Of a DNA stretch of 64,000 nucleotides, positions 37,113 through 48,125 are shown piece by piece. Within the stretch, counting starts at the first letter, position 1, and each line of letters begins with the position of its first letter. The position numbers and the translations under genes were made by a program. The notes below the pieces were generated by a model. It did no database searches. It saw only the letters and a program-made list of their open reading frames with translations, and had not been told where the DNA came from. The DNA lies in IMG/VR virus record IMGVR_UViG_2061766007_000586, positions 224,001-288,000 of that record. One strand, 5' to 3'. This DNA comes from a virus. Lineage: Duplodnaviria; Caudoviricetes.

Positions 37113-37622
37113 TTAGGCTTTCTTCGTTGGGTTTTTAGGTTCTTCTACACCTATTTCTTTCAGGGTGTAGTTGACGTTTCTGTAGATGATCTTGCATTCA
37201 GCTTTCGCCTCGAAGATTTTGTTCAGTGCATCGTTCACAGAGTGAAGAACATTGATAACTTCTGTATCAGTGTCCGAATTGTCGAATTCGAAATCTTCGA
37301 TTTTTCCCCAGTAGTGGGGCAGGTTGCTGTAAAGATCATGTTTTGCCTGGACGATGAGATGCAATTGCTTCTGAAATTTTTCGAGTCCAAGATACGCTTC
37401 CGAAAATTTCAATCTGATATTGTCATTCAGAGCGAACGATTTTTCTTCCATAGCACGATTGATTTTGATTCGGAGCTGACTTTCCAGATTTTCAAGTTGA
37501 TGAATCAGCTCATTGATCAGCGTAAGCTGAAATCTCACAGAAGCAGATGCTGCACCGAGAAGATCCGGCTGTTCCTTGAAAAAGTGAGTAGCAGGAATGA
37601 TATCGAGTGATACTTTGGCCAT
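37113..37622 (-). CDS. hypothetical early protein
   Basis: 169 aa with own promoter cassette. Confidence 0.75.
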   Translation of the reverse strand: MAKVSLDIIPATHFFKEQPDLLGAASASVRFQLTLINELIHQLENLESQLRIKINRAMEEKSFALNDNIRLKFSEAYLGLEKFQKQLHLIVQAKHDLYSNLPHYWGKIEDFEFDNSDTDTEVINVLHSVNDALNKIFEAKAECKIIYRNVNYTLKEIGVEEPKNPTKKA

Positions 37623-37624
37623 AA

Positions 37625-37695
37625 GTGTTCTCCTTGTTAAGGTTTGAGGTTTATCATTGGAGCAATATATATGCGTAAATATTCGAAAGTCACTA
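37625..37695 (-). repeat. early promoter/SD cassette, copy 1
   Basis: 67/71 identical to 61697-61767; contains TATATTGC and AAGGAG. Confidence 0.9.
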
Positions 37696-37696
37696 G

Positions 37697-38110
37697 TTAG
37701 TTGTTAACGAAGTGAGTGATAACGGCACCAGCGGCAAAAGCGCTGAGAATCAGAATAGCAGAAACGACCTTGACAGTGGTCTTTTCTTTGATAAGTTTTT
37801 CAGCAGTGAAATGAAGATTTGCAATGGATTTCTCATGCATTTCATTGTTGTGTTTCAGAATTTTGTTTTCCTGCTGAAGTCCCAGAATCTGTTTTTCAGT
37901 CAACTCACGATTGGCATATTCAGCAGCTTGTGCAGCATTGAGCCAATCAACAATTTCGAGTTGTTCGTCTTTGCTCATGGTATCCCATGTGGTTTTGTAA
38001 TAGTAGGGATCTTTTTTATCAAAGAAATTGATCCTGCGATTCAAAATAGGAACAGCATTGGGATAATCCGTGATGTAGGTTCCGTCAGATGTGATATTGA
38101 TTGTACTCAT
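37697..38110 (-). CDS. tail-anchored coiled-coil protein (paralog of next gene)
   Basis: P.YY.T.W...Q.E....L block; C-terminal TM helix. Confidence 0.78.
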   Translation of the reverse strand: MSTINITSDGTYITDYPNAVPILNRRINFFDKKDPYYYKTTWDTMSKDEQLEIVDWLNAAQAAEYANRELTEKQILGLQQENKILKHNNEMHEKSIANLHFTAEKLIKEKTTVKVVSAILILSAFAAGAVITHFVNN

Positions 38111-38121
38111 TGTTGTTCTCC

Positions 38122-38553
38122 TTAATTATTGGTCACGAGATAGGTGATAGTAGCACCAGCCGCAACTACACCAAGAGCCAAAACACCAGTGATGATTTTG
38201 GTGATTTTGAATTTCTTGTCAAGTTTTGCGTGTGCTGCTTTCACAGTTTCCAGTGATTGTTCCGTTTCTTCCAGTTTGCGTTCAGTATCCCGACATGTTT
38301 CGAAAAGCGCAGCATAGTACTTTTCGAGATTCTGTTTCTCTCTGCGCCATGTTCCTTCGTTCTGACGAAGATAATTGATGAGCTCCCACTGATCTTTCTC
38401 GTTGAACTGATTCCACTTTGTCTGATAATAATCAGGCTCAGTCGGATGATCGAACTGAATGATGTTCTCGTATCCGTTGACACACATTTTGGTGATCACT
38501 CCAAGCTGATTGCGGTCGAGTTCGTGCGTGATTTTGTGAAGATCGATGTTCAT
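38122..38553 (-). CDS. tail-anchored coiled-coil protein
   Basis: same block and TM helix; TATATTAC at 38592-38599. Confidence 0.78.
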   Translation of the reverse strand: MNIDLHKITHELDRNQLGVITKMCVNGYENIIQFDHPTEPDYYQTKWNQFNEKDQWELINYLRQNEGTWRREKQNLEKYYAALFETCRDTERKLEETEQSLETVKAAHAKLDKKFKITKIITGVLALGVVAAGATITYLVTNN

Positions 38554-38630
38554 AGTGATTCTCCTTAAATTGATTTGGGTTTATTGCCTTCGTAATATAT
38601 ACGTGATATTTTTCCAAAAACAAAGAAAAA

Positions 38631-38660
38631 CAGTACACTGCACATATGTGCAGTGTACTG
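38631..38660. terminator. palindromic terminator after portal
   Basis: perfect 30-bp palindrome. Confidence 0.75.
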
Positions 38661-38665
38661 AAATT

Positions 38666-41600
38666 TTACATAGGAATGTTCGGCATTCCACCGTTCTCAG
38701 GATGAGAAACTTCTTGGTTTTGACCTGTTTGTTCTGCAGGTGTCGATGTGCCAGAAGATGCATTTCCACCTTCCATATTCATATCAGCTCCAACATCTGG
38801 TAATCCGCCAAGATCACCACCTTCATTGTTGAAACCACCGCCTGCTTCACTACCTCCAGGCATTCCACCCATGTCTCCACCAGGTGCACCACCCATACCA
38901 AAGTCTCCACCCATACCACCTGACATATCACCGCCAGTGGTATCAACCATACCTTCGTTCTCGACACGATTACCAAGATTAATCTTGTTGGCAACCTGTT
39001 CCTTATAGTTATCCATACCTTTCTTCTGGTTGATAACAAATGCAGGAACATCGTAGAGATCGACAGTATCAAGTTGATCAAGTGTCGGAAGATCAAAGGT
39101 ACTATTATATCCGACCTTCTTGATAAACTCACGAACAAGTTGAGCTTTTACTCTAGCACGGAACATACCAAGTACTCCGTGATAAGCTGAGTAATCGTCA
39201 GGAAGAAGTGCATCACTATACACTGTATCCACAACAGAGCTAATACATTGTGTAAATGCATTGATTTCTTCTGTCTGGGCTTTATCAACTACGATACGTG
39301 GCTCAGGAAGTTTAACAAAGATATTATCAATAACAGATTGTAACTGCTCATTGATATCGTTCTTATTTGCTTCAATAACAGTATCTGATTTTGGTGGGTT
39401 TGTATCTTTCTCACGAATCTTCTTAGCTTTCTTCTCAGCTTCATCTACTTGTTTTTCAGAGAAAGACTGAGCTTCACTAGAAGAATCTTTTAATTTCAGA
39501 TTATCTAATTCATCTGGAGTTTCAGGAGCATCAATTGATTCTGATTCCTGATTTGAATCACGATAATCTTTATTTGAGGTAGATAGTACACCGAGAATCT
39601 TATCACGAAGAATCGTATTATATTTTACATAAGTACGAATCAGCTTTGTCGTTTGTTCGTTAACATCTTGCTGTATAATTTTAACACGATTATTAAAGAA
39701 TAAGTTTGTTGTAACAACACTACGAGCAAAGTTTTCTTCACCGATTTGTGTGACAGCAGATTTCGGAACTTTTAATGCTTGGATAATCCAATCGCCTAAT
39801 TGATTTAAGAGATTATCATCAGGAGCAATAGAACCAGTTGATCTATGTTCTGTTGTGATATTTAATCCATCTTGTAAACCTTTAATTCCTTTTGGAACAA
39901 TGGTTAAAGATTTTTGAATTAAATCTCTTTGAACATTAAGAGGATTATTATCGTATCTCATGATACGTTTTTCTGTAAATGCGTTTTTGATTTGTTCCAT
40001 CAATTGCTGTGCATTTACATTCATATCGCCAACATTCATTTCTACAATCTTGTTATCAATGCTGTTTTCAGTAGCAGCCATGATCTGAGATGTAACTAAT
40101 GTTGTTCTAAGTCCGGTTAATGTTCTGATATCTTCGATTAATGATTTACCTGTACCATCCTGGTGAACATTAAATCTGTAATACACCATCATTGGTTCTG
40201 GTACAAAGATTAAACCAATTCTGCGACTATCCAGCATGTTTCTCATGAGGCAAGTTGTAACTGCTTCATGCTGTTGAATCTGTGTTCCGCCTAATCCATA
40301 TTCTTCAAGCTTATGTTCCATGAAGTGTCTAAGGATATTACCAAAGATCATAGAAGTAGCTTTGAAGTGTTGAATTGGAGATCTTTCACTTGTTAAGATT
40401 GTGCTAGGTACACCAAACATTGCATGCATGTTCGATTCTACTAATCTACTATTTGCATTCATATCGTTCATATCGCGATAGTCTGGATTAATAGGTTCAC
40501 CCCATTGATCGACTAATACGAAATATCCGATATGTTGATCTGGTGCTCCAGGAACAATAACAGGAATAACACACTGATAAGGAAGTTCTACAAGAGCTGC
40601 AGCTTCCACTTTCTTATCTGATTTATCACTATTAATAGTGTAAAGAGGTGTAGGACTATTGATAACAAATTCTTTATCAATATCTCTCTGCATTTCCATT
40701 AGTCTCGAACGGATATCTTTTCCATGTTTTGAAATAGATCCTGGATCTCTCGAGAACATAATGTAATTTTTACTCTTCTTAATGAGCTCAGAGATTTCAG
40801 CTTGGAATTTCTTTCTATTATCACCAATGTTCTTTACATATTTGTCATCAATAAAATCTAAAGATTCAAGACCAGCAAGACAATCATTGACGGTTTGTTC
40901 AACCATAGCTTTATAGTCTTCTGTCTCAGCTTCAAGTTTTATTGATTCAAATGATGCTTGATATTTTTTAGCATCTTTAACTTCAAGAGTTTCACCGGAT
41001 ACAAGTTTCGCCTTTTCTGGTCTCTTTGTTGGTTTAATTTCAGAACCAGGACCATTGATGTAACCAGCATATTCCAAATCATTTAATTTACGTAATGTTT
41101 CGATATTAGACTGTGGGAGAATTAAGATAGGCGTGGCACCAGTCTGATAAAGGGCGTTACCAATCCATTTACTCAAACGTTTTGGAAGCTTTAATTCATT
41201 ATTAATATAGTCTGATAGGATTTGAGTTAATTCAGATTGAGTTTCATCAGGAAGACTCTTATCACAAACTTCTATATTAATTGCATTAGTTTGTAAATCA
41301 ACTGGAGATAAAATAGAAGCAACCATGATATCTTTAGCTGCTTCAATTTCTGGTGATAAAATATTAGTTGATTTTGATTCACGTTCCCAAGCAGCAGCAC
41401 GAAGTGAAGTAGATGATAGATAATCATACAAACTACTAGGACTTGTGTTGTGCTCTAAGAACCCACGCATGAATCCTGGTTGATACTTTAACTCGTCAGG
41501 ATTATATGCGAAAAGATTAATTTTCTTTTCTTTTTGGGTTTTTGGACGATTCGGCTGGAACGAAATACCAAGGAGCTTAAATAATCTTCTTGCTCCACGA

Positions 41601-41818
41601 ACAGGAATGATGTCTTGTGGGAAAAGACCATTGGATGCATGTGAAACATCTGGTGTTCCACCACCCATTCCGCCCATTCCACCAAGGCCCATATCTCCAC
41701 CCATTCCCATGCCACCACCGCCCATGTCTCCCATACCACCCATTCCTGCAGTAGGATCAGCAGGTGGTAAACCGAAGCCATCAGCTTCAGCTGAATATTT
41801 GTTTTTTGCTTTAGCCAT
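38666..41818 (-). CDS. portal protein (phiKZ gp129-like)
   Basis: SILSP, VIPV.VPG.P..HIGYFVL.D..G.PI, GTGKSL motifs; divergent from gp128-like gene. Confidence 0.82.
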   Translation of the reverse strand: MAKAKNKYSAEADGFGLPPADPTAGMGGMGDMGGGGMGMGGDMGLGGMGGMGGGTPDVSHASNGLFPQDIIPVRGARRLFKLLGISFQPNRPKTQKEKKINLFAYNPDELKYQPGFMRGFLEHNTSPSSLYDYLSSTSLRAAAWERESKSTNILSPEIEAAKDIMVASILSPVDLQTNAINIEVCDKSLPDETQSELTQILSDYINNELKLPKRLSKWIGNALYQTGATPILILPQSNIETLRKLNDLEYAGYINGPGSEIKPTKRPEKAKLVSGETLEVKDAKKYQASFESIKLEAETEDYKAMVEQTVNDCLAGLESLDFIDDKYVKNIGDNRKKFQAEISELIKKSKNYIMFSRDPGSISKHGKDIRSRLMEMQRDIDKEFVINSPTPLYTINSDKSDKKVEAAALVELPYQCVIPVIVPGAPDQHIGYFVLVDQWGEPINPDYRDMNDMNANSRLVESNMHAMFGVPSTILTSERSPIQHFKATSMIFGNILRHFMEHKLEEYGLGGTQIQQHEAVTTCLMRNMLDSRRIGLIFVPEPMMVYYRFNVHQDGTGKSLIEDIRTLTGLRTTLVTSQIMAATENSIDNKIVEMNVGDMNVNAQQLMEQIKNAFTEKRIMRYDNNPLNVQRDLIQKSLTIVPKGIKGLQDGLNITTEHRSTGSIAPDDNLLNQLGDWIIQALKVPKSAVTQIGEENFARSVVTTNLFFNNRVKIIQQDVNEQTTKLIRTYVKYNTILRDKILGVLSTSNKDYRDSNQESESIDAPETPDELDNLKLKDSSSEAQSFSEKQVDEAEKKAKKIREKDTNPPKSDTVIEANKNDINEQLQSVIDNIFVKLPEPRIVVDKAQTEEINAFTQCISSVVDTVYSDALLPDDYSAYHGVLGMFRARVKAQLVREFIKKVGYNSTFDLPTLDQLDTVDLYDVPAFVINQKKGMDNYKEQVANKINLGNRVENEGMVDTTGGDMSGGMGGDFGMGGAPGGDMGGMPGGSEAGGGFNNEGGDLGGLPDVGADMNMEGGNASSGTSTPAEQTGQNQEVSHPENGGMPNIPM

Positions 41819-41856
41819 TTTATAGCCCCTAAAACTACCCTTTACAGAGGTGAAAT

Positions 41857-44800
41857 ATGATTCAGCTTAACATGTATCTTAATGAGTTAACAAACTTTTT
41901 AAGAACAATTACGATTAAAGATACGCTCATTGCTGAACAGATGCTAAGTGTTTGGGTACAAGATGAATTTAAGGAATTAGTTTCTAAAACAATCACTGCT
42001 CATCCTTATTATAGAAATATAATGGGTGAGTACATATTGTTTGATCATAAGGAAGTAATTCCTATCGTAAAAGACATGCTAGATAACGGTTGCTTATTCG
42101 ATATCATTGAATCAGATAATACTGTTATATCTTCATCAAATATTAAAAGAAAATATGGAGAAGAAATTGGTTCACAAGTTATAAATATAATTGTGAGTCA
42201 AACTCTTCACTACATCTTTCCTTTATCCACAAATCTTTCGTGGTTTGATGATAGCATTTCCTATACATTAACTCGTACGGTTCCAAACAAACTTCTGTAT
42301 TATAAACACAATACAGTTCCGTCTGTCTATAGCTATGATACAAAAACCAAAATTCTATTCATAAAAGAATTTCTTTATCGCGAATTTTCTGAAGTTAAAT
42401 TTCCGACAACTCTTGATGAAACAAAATTCTCTCATGAAGTGATTCTTGCGTATCAAGATTTCTTGTCCGGTAGTATTATCTCACCTGATGACAGAGAACC
42501 ATATTTTGGTTTAACGTTCAAAACGCATGATAATACTAGGACGATCTATAGGATACCGCAGACCAGATATAATACTTTATTAAGTAAATATCCGTATGAA
42601 ACAGGTGTAATCCATGCAGTTGCTTACTCTTATCCTGCCCAGTTTGAAACAGGTAGTATGAGAAGCAATATTAGATTGGCATATACCAAATTACAAAATA
42701 GCGAAAACTTTGCACTTTTGACTTATGATGATTCTTTATTAGAAAAATCAGAAAGACAAAGTATTGTAGACTGTGTTTCTAACACATTAGATATGATTCG
42801 TAGGCGTTATGCTGTAGAAGGATTCTGCTATGAGAATCTTTACGGTGCAGCGCATTACTATCTCGTATGGCAGATTCTTTATCTTTCTGTTTTTGTTCAA
42901 AGAATTACGAACATCCGTACAGGATATGCTCATACGTATCATATCTGGAGATATTTAAAGTCTCATGGTTTTGAAGATTACCGTGATATTTTATCTATTA
43001 TTCAACAAAAGTTCTTATACAAAAACTTACCTTATTTAAATAAGCATAAAGGTACGCAACATGCATTAGAACTACTGGATTATGTTTTGTTAACTATGAA
43101 ACATGTATCCTTACAGGGTAAAAACTTAATGCAATCTACTGTGGATGATTTATCTGAGGAAGATGAAGAAATCTATACAGAAGATACAGCAAAGAAATAT
43201 CCTTCAGTTCGTTCTATTAAGGTTGCTGATGTTGTTCATCAAGAAATAAGCGAAATAAAAGAAAATCCAAAAAATGGATTTGAAAAAATCTTACATCATC
43301 TTGGTGAAAATGCTGGTTTAACTAAGATCAATGATAAACAAGAATATGAAGCTGGTAAGATTGAAAAAATCGATGAGCTTTATGAAAAAGAGCGTGAATC
43401 TTTTTTAGAATATCAAGATGATTATTTATTTGAGAAGTCTACGGATCGTCATACAAAACTAATTTCGTATGCTCCTACTTCTCACATGAATACAAAGTTC
43501 TTAGAATTAAAAGATACTTCAACTATTTCTGACTTAATTACAATTTATACACAATTCTGTGCAGAAACTATTCTGTATCTAATCAGTCAAGATAGATTGA
43601 AATTTACAATTCCAATTCAATTAGTTAACAGTTCTCGTATTATTACACTACCAGCTGCTGACTGGATTGGTATGCTGTTTTATGCTCTTTATCGAATTGA
43701 TCATGTTCGTCAAGAGAAAGCAAGTGATACAGAAGAACTGTATTACTATACACATCCTCCAAAATACGCTCAGCTGCAGATGCCATTAAAGCTAGACAAA
43801 GTTAAAATGTTTGACACATTTAAATGGCATTATCAAATGTATCGTACCAATACTTATTTAACAAAAGAAGTTGGTACGTATTATCTGAATATTGATGAAG
43901 ATTTTGCAATATTAGATAGTAAAGCATTGGAAGAAAAAGATATAGCAGCAAAAGGTCTTAACTTCATTCTGAGAAGTACTTCTTTAGTAAAGCCAGAAAA
44001 TCGTGTTTGGATTTGTATGCTGTCAACTGGAGATGCATATACACTTTGTTATAACGATCATTTCTCATGGTGGAATATCTTAGACAAAGATCAGAATATC
44101 ATTTTCCGTACAGCGAAAATGGCTTCATTTAACAATGATTTACCCAAGTTTACCTGGTTCAAAAGAACAGCTACAACATCAGGTTATAAAGAACAAAAAA
44201 TCTACGGAATGAGATTTGCAAAATCAAATTCTAAGTATGATGTTGAGGTGTTACTAACGCCGCAATATACTACATTCTTTAGTTTAAATACTTTAGTGGA
44301 AGAATTAGATCGTCAAGGTCTAAATTATCTTACATTGTATTTAGCTGCAACACATGATGAATCTGCTGTACATCGTTGTCTGTATGATAAGTTACTTGAA
44401 ATTTATTGTATTGGAAGAAAAGAAGATAAGCAAGGTAATCCTGAGTTGTATGACATAAGTAACATCTTTGATGGTGAATCTTTTGATGCTTTCTTATCAC
44501 GTGGTATCACACAAGGAAATGAAGATATCAGAGCATTACAATTAGTCTTAGAGAGTTATGATGAAAGTAATGATGTCGATACGTTATATAGTCGTATGAT
44601 TGATACGATTATAGAAAGTATGTTCCCTGAAGATGATATGTTCTTAGCAGTAGGTATATTAAGTAGGCAAGAACGCATTAAACGATTAATGACTCTGTTT
44701 AAATCTTTAACTGCGTATAATCTTGCTTATCTTAATCCAACTTGTAACGAGATTCAAGACACTATGCTTTCTTATCATGTAAGTAGTCCTTTATCCACTT

Positions 44801-45276
44801 ACATTAGAAACACGGCTTATGACTACCAGAATATTGGTACAAGGTTAACAGATAAACTTCATCAAGTTGTTAAACCGACTTATCTTGACCAAGGTGATGT
44901 ACTTGATTGTACATTTACTTTATCAGATCAAAAGGATGAAGATTTAAATTATAAGCAGATGCTACTTGATAAGATTGAAAGTGTCGCTAAGATTATTACA
45001 CAAAAGAAAGTGACAAAAGCAAAGAAAAAAGCAAGGTTAAGTCAGTTAGGATTTAGCGATACTTTAGTCGATGCAATAATGCAACTTCCTGTTGAAACAA
45101 TTAAGTCACTTCGCTATACAGCACGTCGTATTTATCGAAACAATGTTAATGTAAAAGTATCGATTGTAGATTCTATTGATACTACAAATATTAATGTTCC
45201 AGATGATATGAATTTTAACTTTACAGAATACCCAGCAGATACAACATACGTTACTTTTAAACAATATCTTAAATAA
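41857..45276 (+). CDS. virion structural/baseplate protein (phiKZ gp128-like)
   Basis: AHTYHIW.YLKSHG, FLYKNL.YL..H.G motifs; synteny. Confidence 0.72.
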   Translation: MIQLNMYLNELTNFLRTITIKDTLIAEQMLSVWVQDEFKELVSKTITAHPYYRNIMGEYILFDHKEVIPIVKDMLDNGCLFDIIESDNTVISSSNIKRKYGEEIGSQVINIIVSQTLHYIFPLSTNLSWFDDSISYTLTRTVPNKLLYYKHNTVPSVYSYDTKTKILFIKEFLYREFSEVKFPTTLDETKFSHEVILAYQDFLSGSIISPDDREPYFGLTFKTHDNTRTIYRIPQTRYNTLLSKYPYETGVIHAVAYSYPAQFETGSMRSNIRLAYTKLQNSENFALLTYDDSLLEKSERQSIVDCVSNTLDMIRRRYAVEGFCYENLYGAAHYYLVWQILYLSVFVQRITNIRTGYAHTYHIWRYLKSHGFEDYRDILSIIQQKFLYKNLPYLNKHKGTQHALELLDYVLLTMKHVSLQGKNLMQSTVDDLSEEDEEIYTEDTAKKYPSVRSIKVADVVHQEISEIKENPKNGFEKILHHLGENAGLTKINDKQEYEAGKIEKIDELYEKERESFLEYQDDYLFEKSTDRHTKLISYAPTSHMNTKFLELKDTSTISDLITIYTQFCAETILYLISQDRLKFTIPIQLVNSSRIITLPAADWIGMLFYALYRIDHVRQEKASDTEELYYYTHPPKYAQLQMPLKLDKVKMFDTFKWHYQMYRTNTYLTKEVGTYYLNIDEDFAILDSKALEEKDIAAKGLNFILRSTSLVKPENRVWICMLSTGDAYTLCYNDHFSWWNILDKDQNIIFRTAKMASFNNDLPKFTWFKRTATTSGYKEQKIYGMRFAKSNSKYDVEVLLTPQYTTFFSLNTLVEELDRQGLNYLTLYLAATHDESAVHRCLYDKLLEIYCIGRKEDKQGNPELYDISNIFDGESFDAFLSRGITQGNEDIRALQLVLESYDESNDVDTLYSRMIDTIIESMFPEDDMFLAVGILSRQERIKRLMTLFKSLTAYNLAYLNPTCNEIQDTMLSYHVSSPLSTYIRNTAYDYQNIGTRLTDKLHQVVKPTYLDQGDVLDCTFTLSDQKDEDLNYKQMLLDKIESVAKIITQKKVTKAKKKARLSQLGFSDTLVDAIMQLPVETIKSLRYTARRIYRNNVNVKVSIVDSIDTTNINVPDDMNFNFTEYPADTTYVTFKQYLK

Positions 45277-45287
45277 AGGAACACTCC

Positions 45288-46154
45288 ATGAGTGACACAA
45301 TTTTCCAAAACTCAGGATGCGTTAACACAATCCTGGGTTCTCTTAATCAGCTGAACGGTTTCTTACCTTTGAGCTATGTTGAACGTGTTGATACAACACT
45401 GAACACAAAGTATAGAGTCTTAGCTGATGTTTCTCCATTATCTGTTCCAAAGTTACTTTACTTTGGTATCGGGTCAAATGGATATAGCTGTACAACTTCT
45501 ACAGCTAATTCACCAATGCATATTAAACACCAGCCAGATTGCAGAAACATGGATCTGTACAATCCTATTCCGATTCGTGTTATTCCTCTGGAAGAAGAAG
45601 TAGAACTCCCATGGTCTGAGCGTTCTCAGTACCGTATGAGAGTTGTAAAGAATGGATATGCATATTACTATTTAAAACTTATTGATTGGGATCCTGGTAG
45701 GGTTGAAATCATTAAGTATTCTTCTGACGGTGAAGAAAAAGACTATGCATTAAATCCAAGCAGTTTCTTAAATCCGTCAGCTCCTACAACTCCGACAACA
45801 GGTGGTTCATTAATCACCTCAGATCGAATCATTGTAAGAGCGACTGGTATTTGTCGCGTTAGCATGACTGAGCTTGAAGAAGCCATGAGTCTGTTAGATC
45901 AATCATATTGCATGATCTCTGAATTTGGCTTCTATACTGGATGCGACCGTTATATTAACGGAGCAGGTGAAGTCTTACTGACAGATAGCGACGTTGAATT
46001 GGAAGGTGAACTTCCTGGTGGAGCAGAAGGTATCGAAGCGACCTATGTACAGTTAGCTAAGCATAAAACTCAGCTTCCTGTTACATTAGACAGTGCGAAT
46101 AGTACGTTAGAAACTACTGTCTCGTTTGAGGCATCTAACTCTATTATTATCTAA
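45288..46154 (+). CDS. virion structural protein (phiKZ gp127-like)
   Basis: TTLN.KY, YFGIG..G, LY.PIPIR, YRMR, AYYYLK, ISE.G.YTG. Confidence 0.72.
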   Translation: MSDTIFQNSGCVNTILGSLNQLNGFLPLSYVERVDTTLNTKYRVLADVSPLSVPKLLYFGIGSNGYSCTTSTANSPMHIKHQPDCRNMDLYNPIPIRVIPLEEEVELPWSERSQYRMRVVKNGYAYYYLKLIDWDPGRVEIIKYSSDGEEKDYALNPSSFLNPSAPTTPTTGGSLITSDRIIVRATGICRVSMTELEEAMSLLDQSYCMISEFGFYTGCDRYINGAGEVLLTDSDVELEGELPGGAEGIEATYVQLAKHKTQLPVTLDSANSTLETTVSFEASNSIII

Positions 46155-46163
46155 AAAGAAAAA

Positions 46164-46195
46164 CTAGACAGAGAGGGATATCCCTCTCTGTCTAG
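46164..46195. terminator. bidirectional palindromic terminator
   Basis: perfect 32-bp palindrome. Confidence 0.8.
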
Positions 46196-46203
46196 CTATT
46201 TTA

Positions 46204-47724
46204 TTATGCAGGTCTGACGAAGACATTGCAGAGAATGCTCTTATCGTCACCATATTCGGTACGAACGATAATATACTTTCTTGCAATATTTCCGGTTACA
46301 ACAATCAGATCTTCAACCTGACTATCGATCTTCATGGCATCGAACAGGAAATAATCGAAATCGCTTTCGATATCACTGTTCTCATACTTGACAGAATATC
46401 CAGGTTCAAGATCAATCAGAGCCGGATCCTGAATCGTGGTATAACGAAGGAGCTTATCGTTAGACACAATTACGATATGGGTAGAAGCCCATTCCGTGAA
46501 CTGATCTTTGTTTCTGCGAAGATCCTTATAGGACTTCTCAGGCATAACTTCATAATTCTGCAGATAAGGACTCATATCCTCACTTGCAGGATCAAAGATA
46601 TTCACCTTGCAGAACACACCAATTGCCGTATTCAGATATTCTTGAGCAATCTTGTCTTTGATCTTGAGAATATCCTCAAGCTTAGACACATTGGCGATTT
46701 CATCATCCGGATTACGTCCAGTAGCGATGCTATTGAACTCATCAAGAATGATCGTGGAAACCTGTTTATACACGCCTTGCGTGCAAGTATCCAGGATATC
46801 AATGATCTTCTTAAGAACATCGATGATATTGACTGTTTTACCAGTTTCATAAATGTTCTTAATCTTAATGGAAACATCCTGCATTTCCTTAAGATTCGCC
46901 TTCTCAATTCTGAAGTCACGATACATCAGTACGATCTTTTCATAATCATACTTAGTTCTGAGCTTCTTGAGTTCTGCTTCAGGATCAGTAGTCAATCCTT
47001 CGAGCTGAACCATGAGAGTATTAATCATTGATCCATCACTGTGTTCATACACAGCAATGTCTCCGTGACATTTCACCGGGAATTTGGTACTGACAGAAAT
47101 GTGTTCCTTAAACTTCGGTTTGTCAAGTTCATCTTTCGGAGAGACGAATTTGGCTTTCTGCTGAATCACAGGAACTTTGGTAGTCGGAGCAGGAGGAGGT
47201 GCTGCAGTTACAACAGTCTGCTGCATCGGATTAATCGTAATAGCAGGCTTGGCCGGACTTGGCTGCATTTTGATGAACTCATCTTGCACAGTCGGTTTTC
47301 CAATACTCAGGTTCGGCATGGGCTGAAGTGCTTGATTGGTTCTTGCATACGGACTTGCCTGGAGCTGAGTAGGCATCATTTGGCGTTGCCCAAAGAACTG
47401 ATTCGTCTGTTGCTGGAACTGGTTATACGGAGTATACATCGGAGCAGCAGGCGGAGCATAATAGGTTCCAACTCCATTAGACGCAAACTGATTTAAGCAC
47501 TGATTGAAGACATTCTGCACATAAGCCTGAATAGCTTGCTGATTCCCGGCTATCTGCGGATTTGTCGCAATAGTATTCACTATCTGCTGCTGAAGCTGGG
47601 TGTTTCCGATTGCCTGCATCATTTGAGGAGCAAGATGCTGCACATGCGGCTGCAACGAATTGCAGAACATAGTCCAATACTGATGGATAACGGACATCCA
47701 CGCATTGAAGGTTTGAGGATCCAT
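46204..47724 (-). CDS. hypothetical protein with Q/P-rich low-complexity N-terminus
   Basis: 506 aa, SD; downstream of nvRNAP subunit. Confidence 0.78.
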   Translation of the reverse strand: MDPQTFNAWMSVIHQYWTMFCNSLQPHVQHLAPQMMQAIGNTQLQQQIVNTIATNPQIAGNQQAIQAYVQNVFNQCLNQFASNGVGTYYAPPAAPMYTPYNQFQQQTNQFFGQRQMMPTQLQASPYARTNQALQPMPNLSIGKPTVQDEFIKMQPSPAKPAITINPMQQTVVTAAPPPAPTTKVPVIQQKAKFVSPKDELDKPKFKEHISVSTKFPVKCHGDIAVYEHSDGSMINTLMVQLEGLTTDPEAELKKLRTKYDYEKIVLMYRDFRIEKANLKEMQDVSIKIKNIYETGKTVNIIDVLKKIIDILDTCTQGVYKQVSTIILDEFNSIATGRNPDDEIANVSKLEDILKIKDKIAQEYLNTAIGVFCKVNIFDPASEDMSPYLQNYEVMPEKSYKDLRRNKDQFTEWASTHIVIVSNDKLLRYTTIQDPALIDLEPGYSVKYENSDIESDFDYFLFDAMKIDSQVEDLIVVTGNIARKYIIVRTEYGDDKSILCNVFVRPA

Positions 47725-47738
47725 TTAATTCTCCTTAA

Positions 47739-48125
47739 TTAAAAGAATGCGGATAATGCATTCATGGTTGAGTTATTGCCACTTCGTCTGTCACCAGGTG
47801 TGCCGCCTAGTACAGCAAAGTAGGCAGAATTGTTGATTCTGAGTTTGTAGTGAGTCTTACCTTTACTTACGGTAAAACCGAGACGTTCGAGTTTGTTGAT
47901 CTGATCCTGTTTTGCATCCCATGATTTCAGGATTGTAGTCAATCCTTCTCTCATACGACTTCTGTTTCCGACTTCAGAGTTACATGCCAGGATCGCTTCA
48001 CATAACTCTCTCCTTCGGCAATGAGTGTCTTGAGGAATGTTCCTCAATTCTTTCTGAACTATTTCCAAGATGAAGTCATTCATTTCACCTTGACATAGTT
48101 CGGTGATGGGAGGTGTTCTAAACAT
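47739..48125 (-). CDS. hypothetical protein with HicA-like C-terminal motif
   Basis: LERLGF...GKTHYKL...TPGDRR; TATATTAC at 48183-48190. Confidence 0.55.
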   Translation of the reverse strand: MFRTPPITELCQGEMNDFILEIVQKELRNIPQDTHCRRRELCEAILACNSEVGNRSRMREGLTTILKSWDAKQDQINKLERLGFTVSKGKTHYKLRINNSAYFAVLGGTPGDRRSGNNSTMNALSAFF

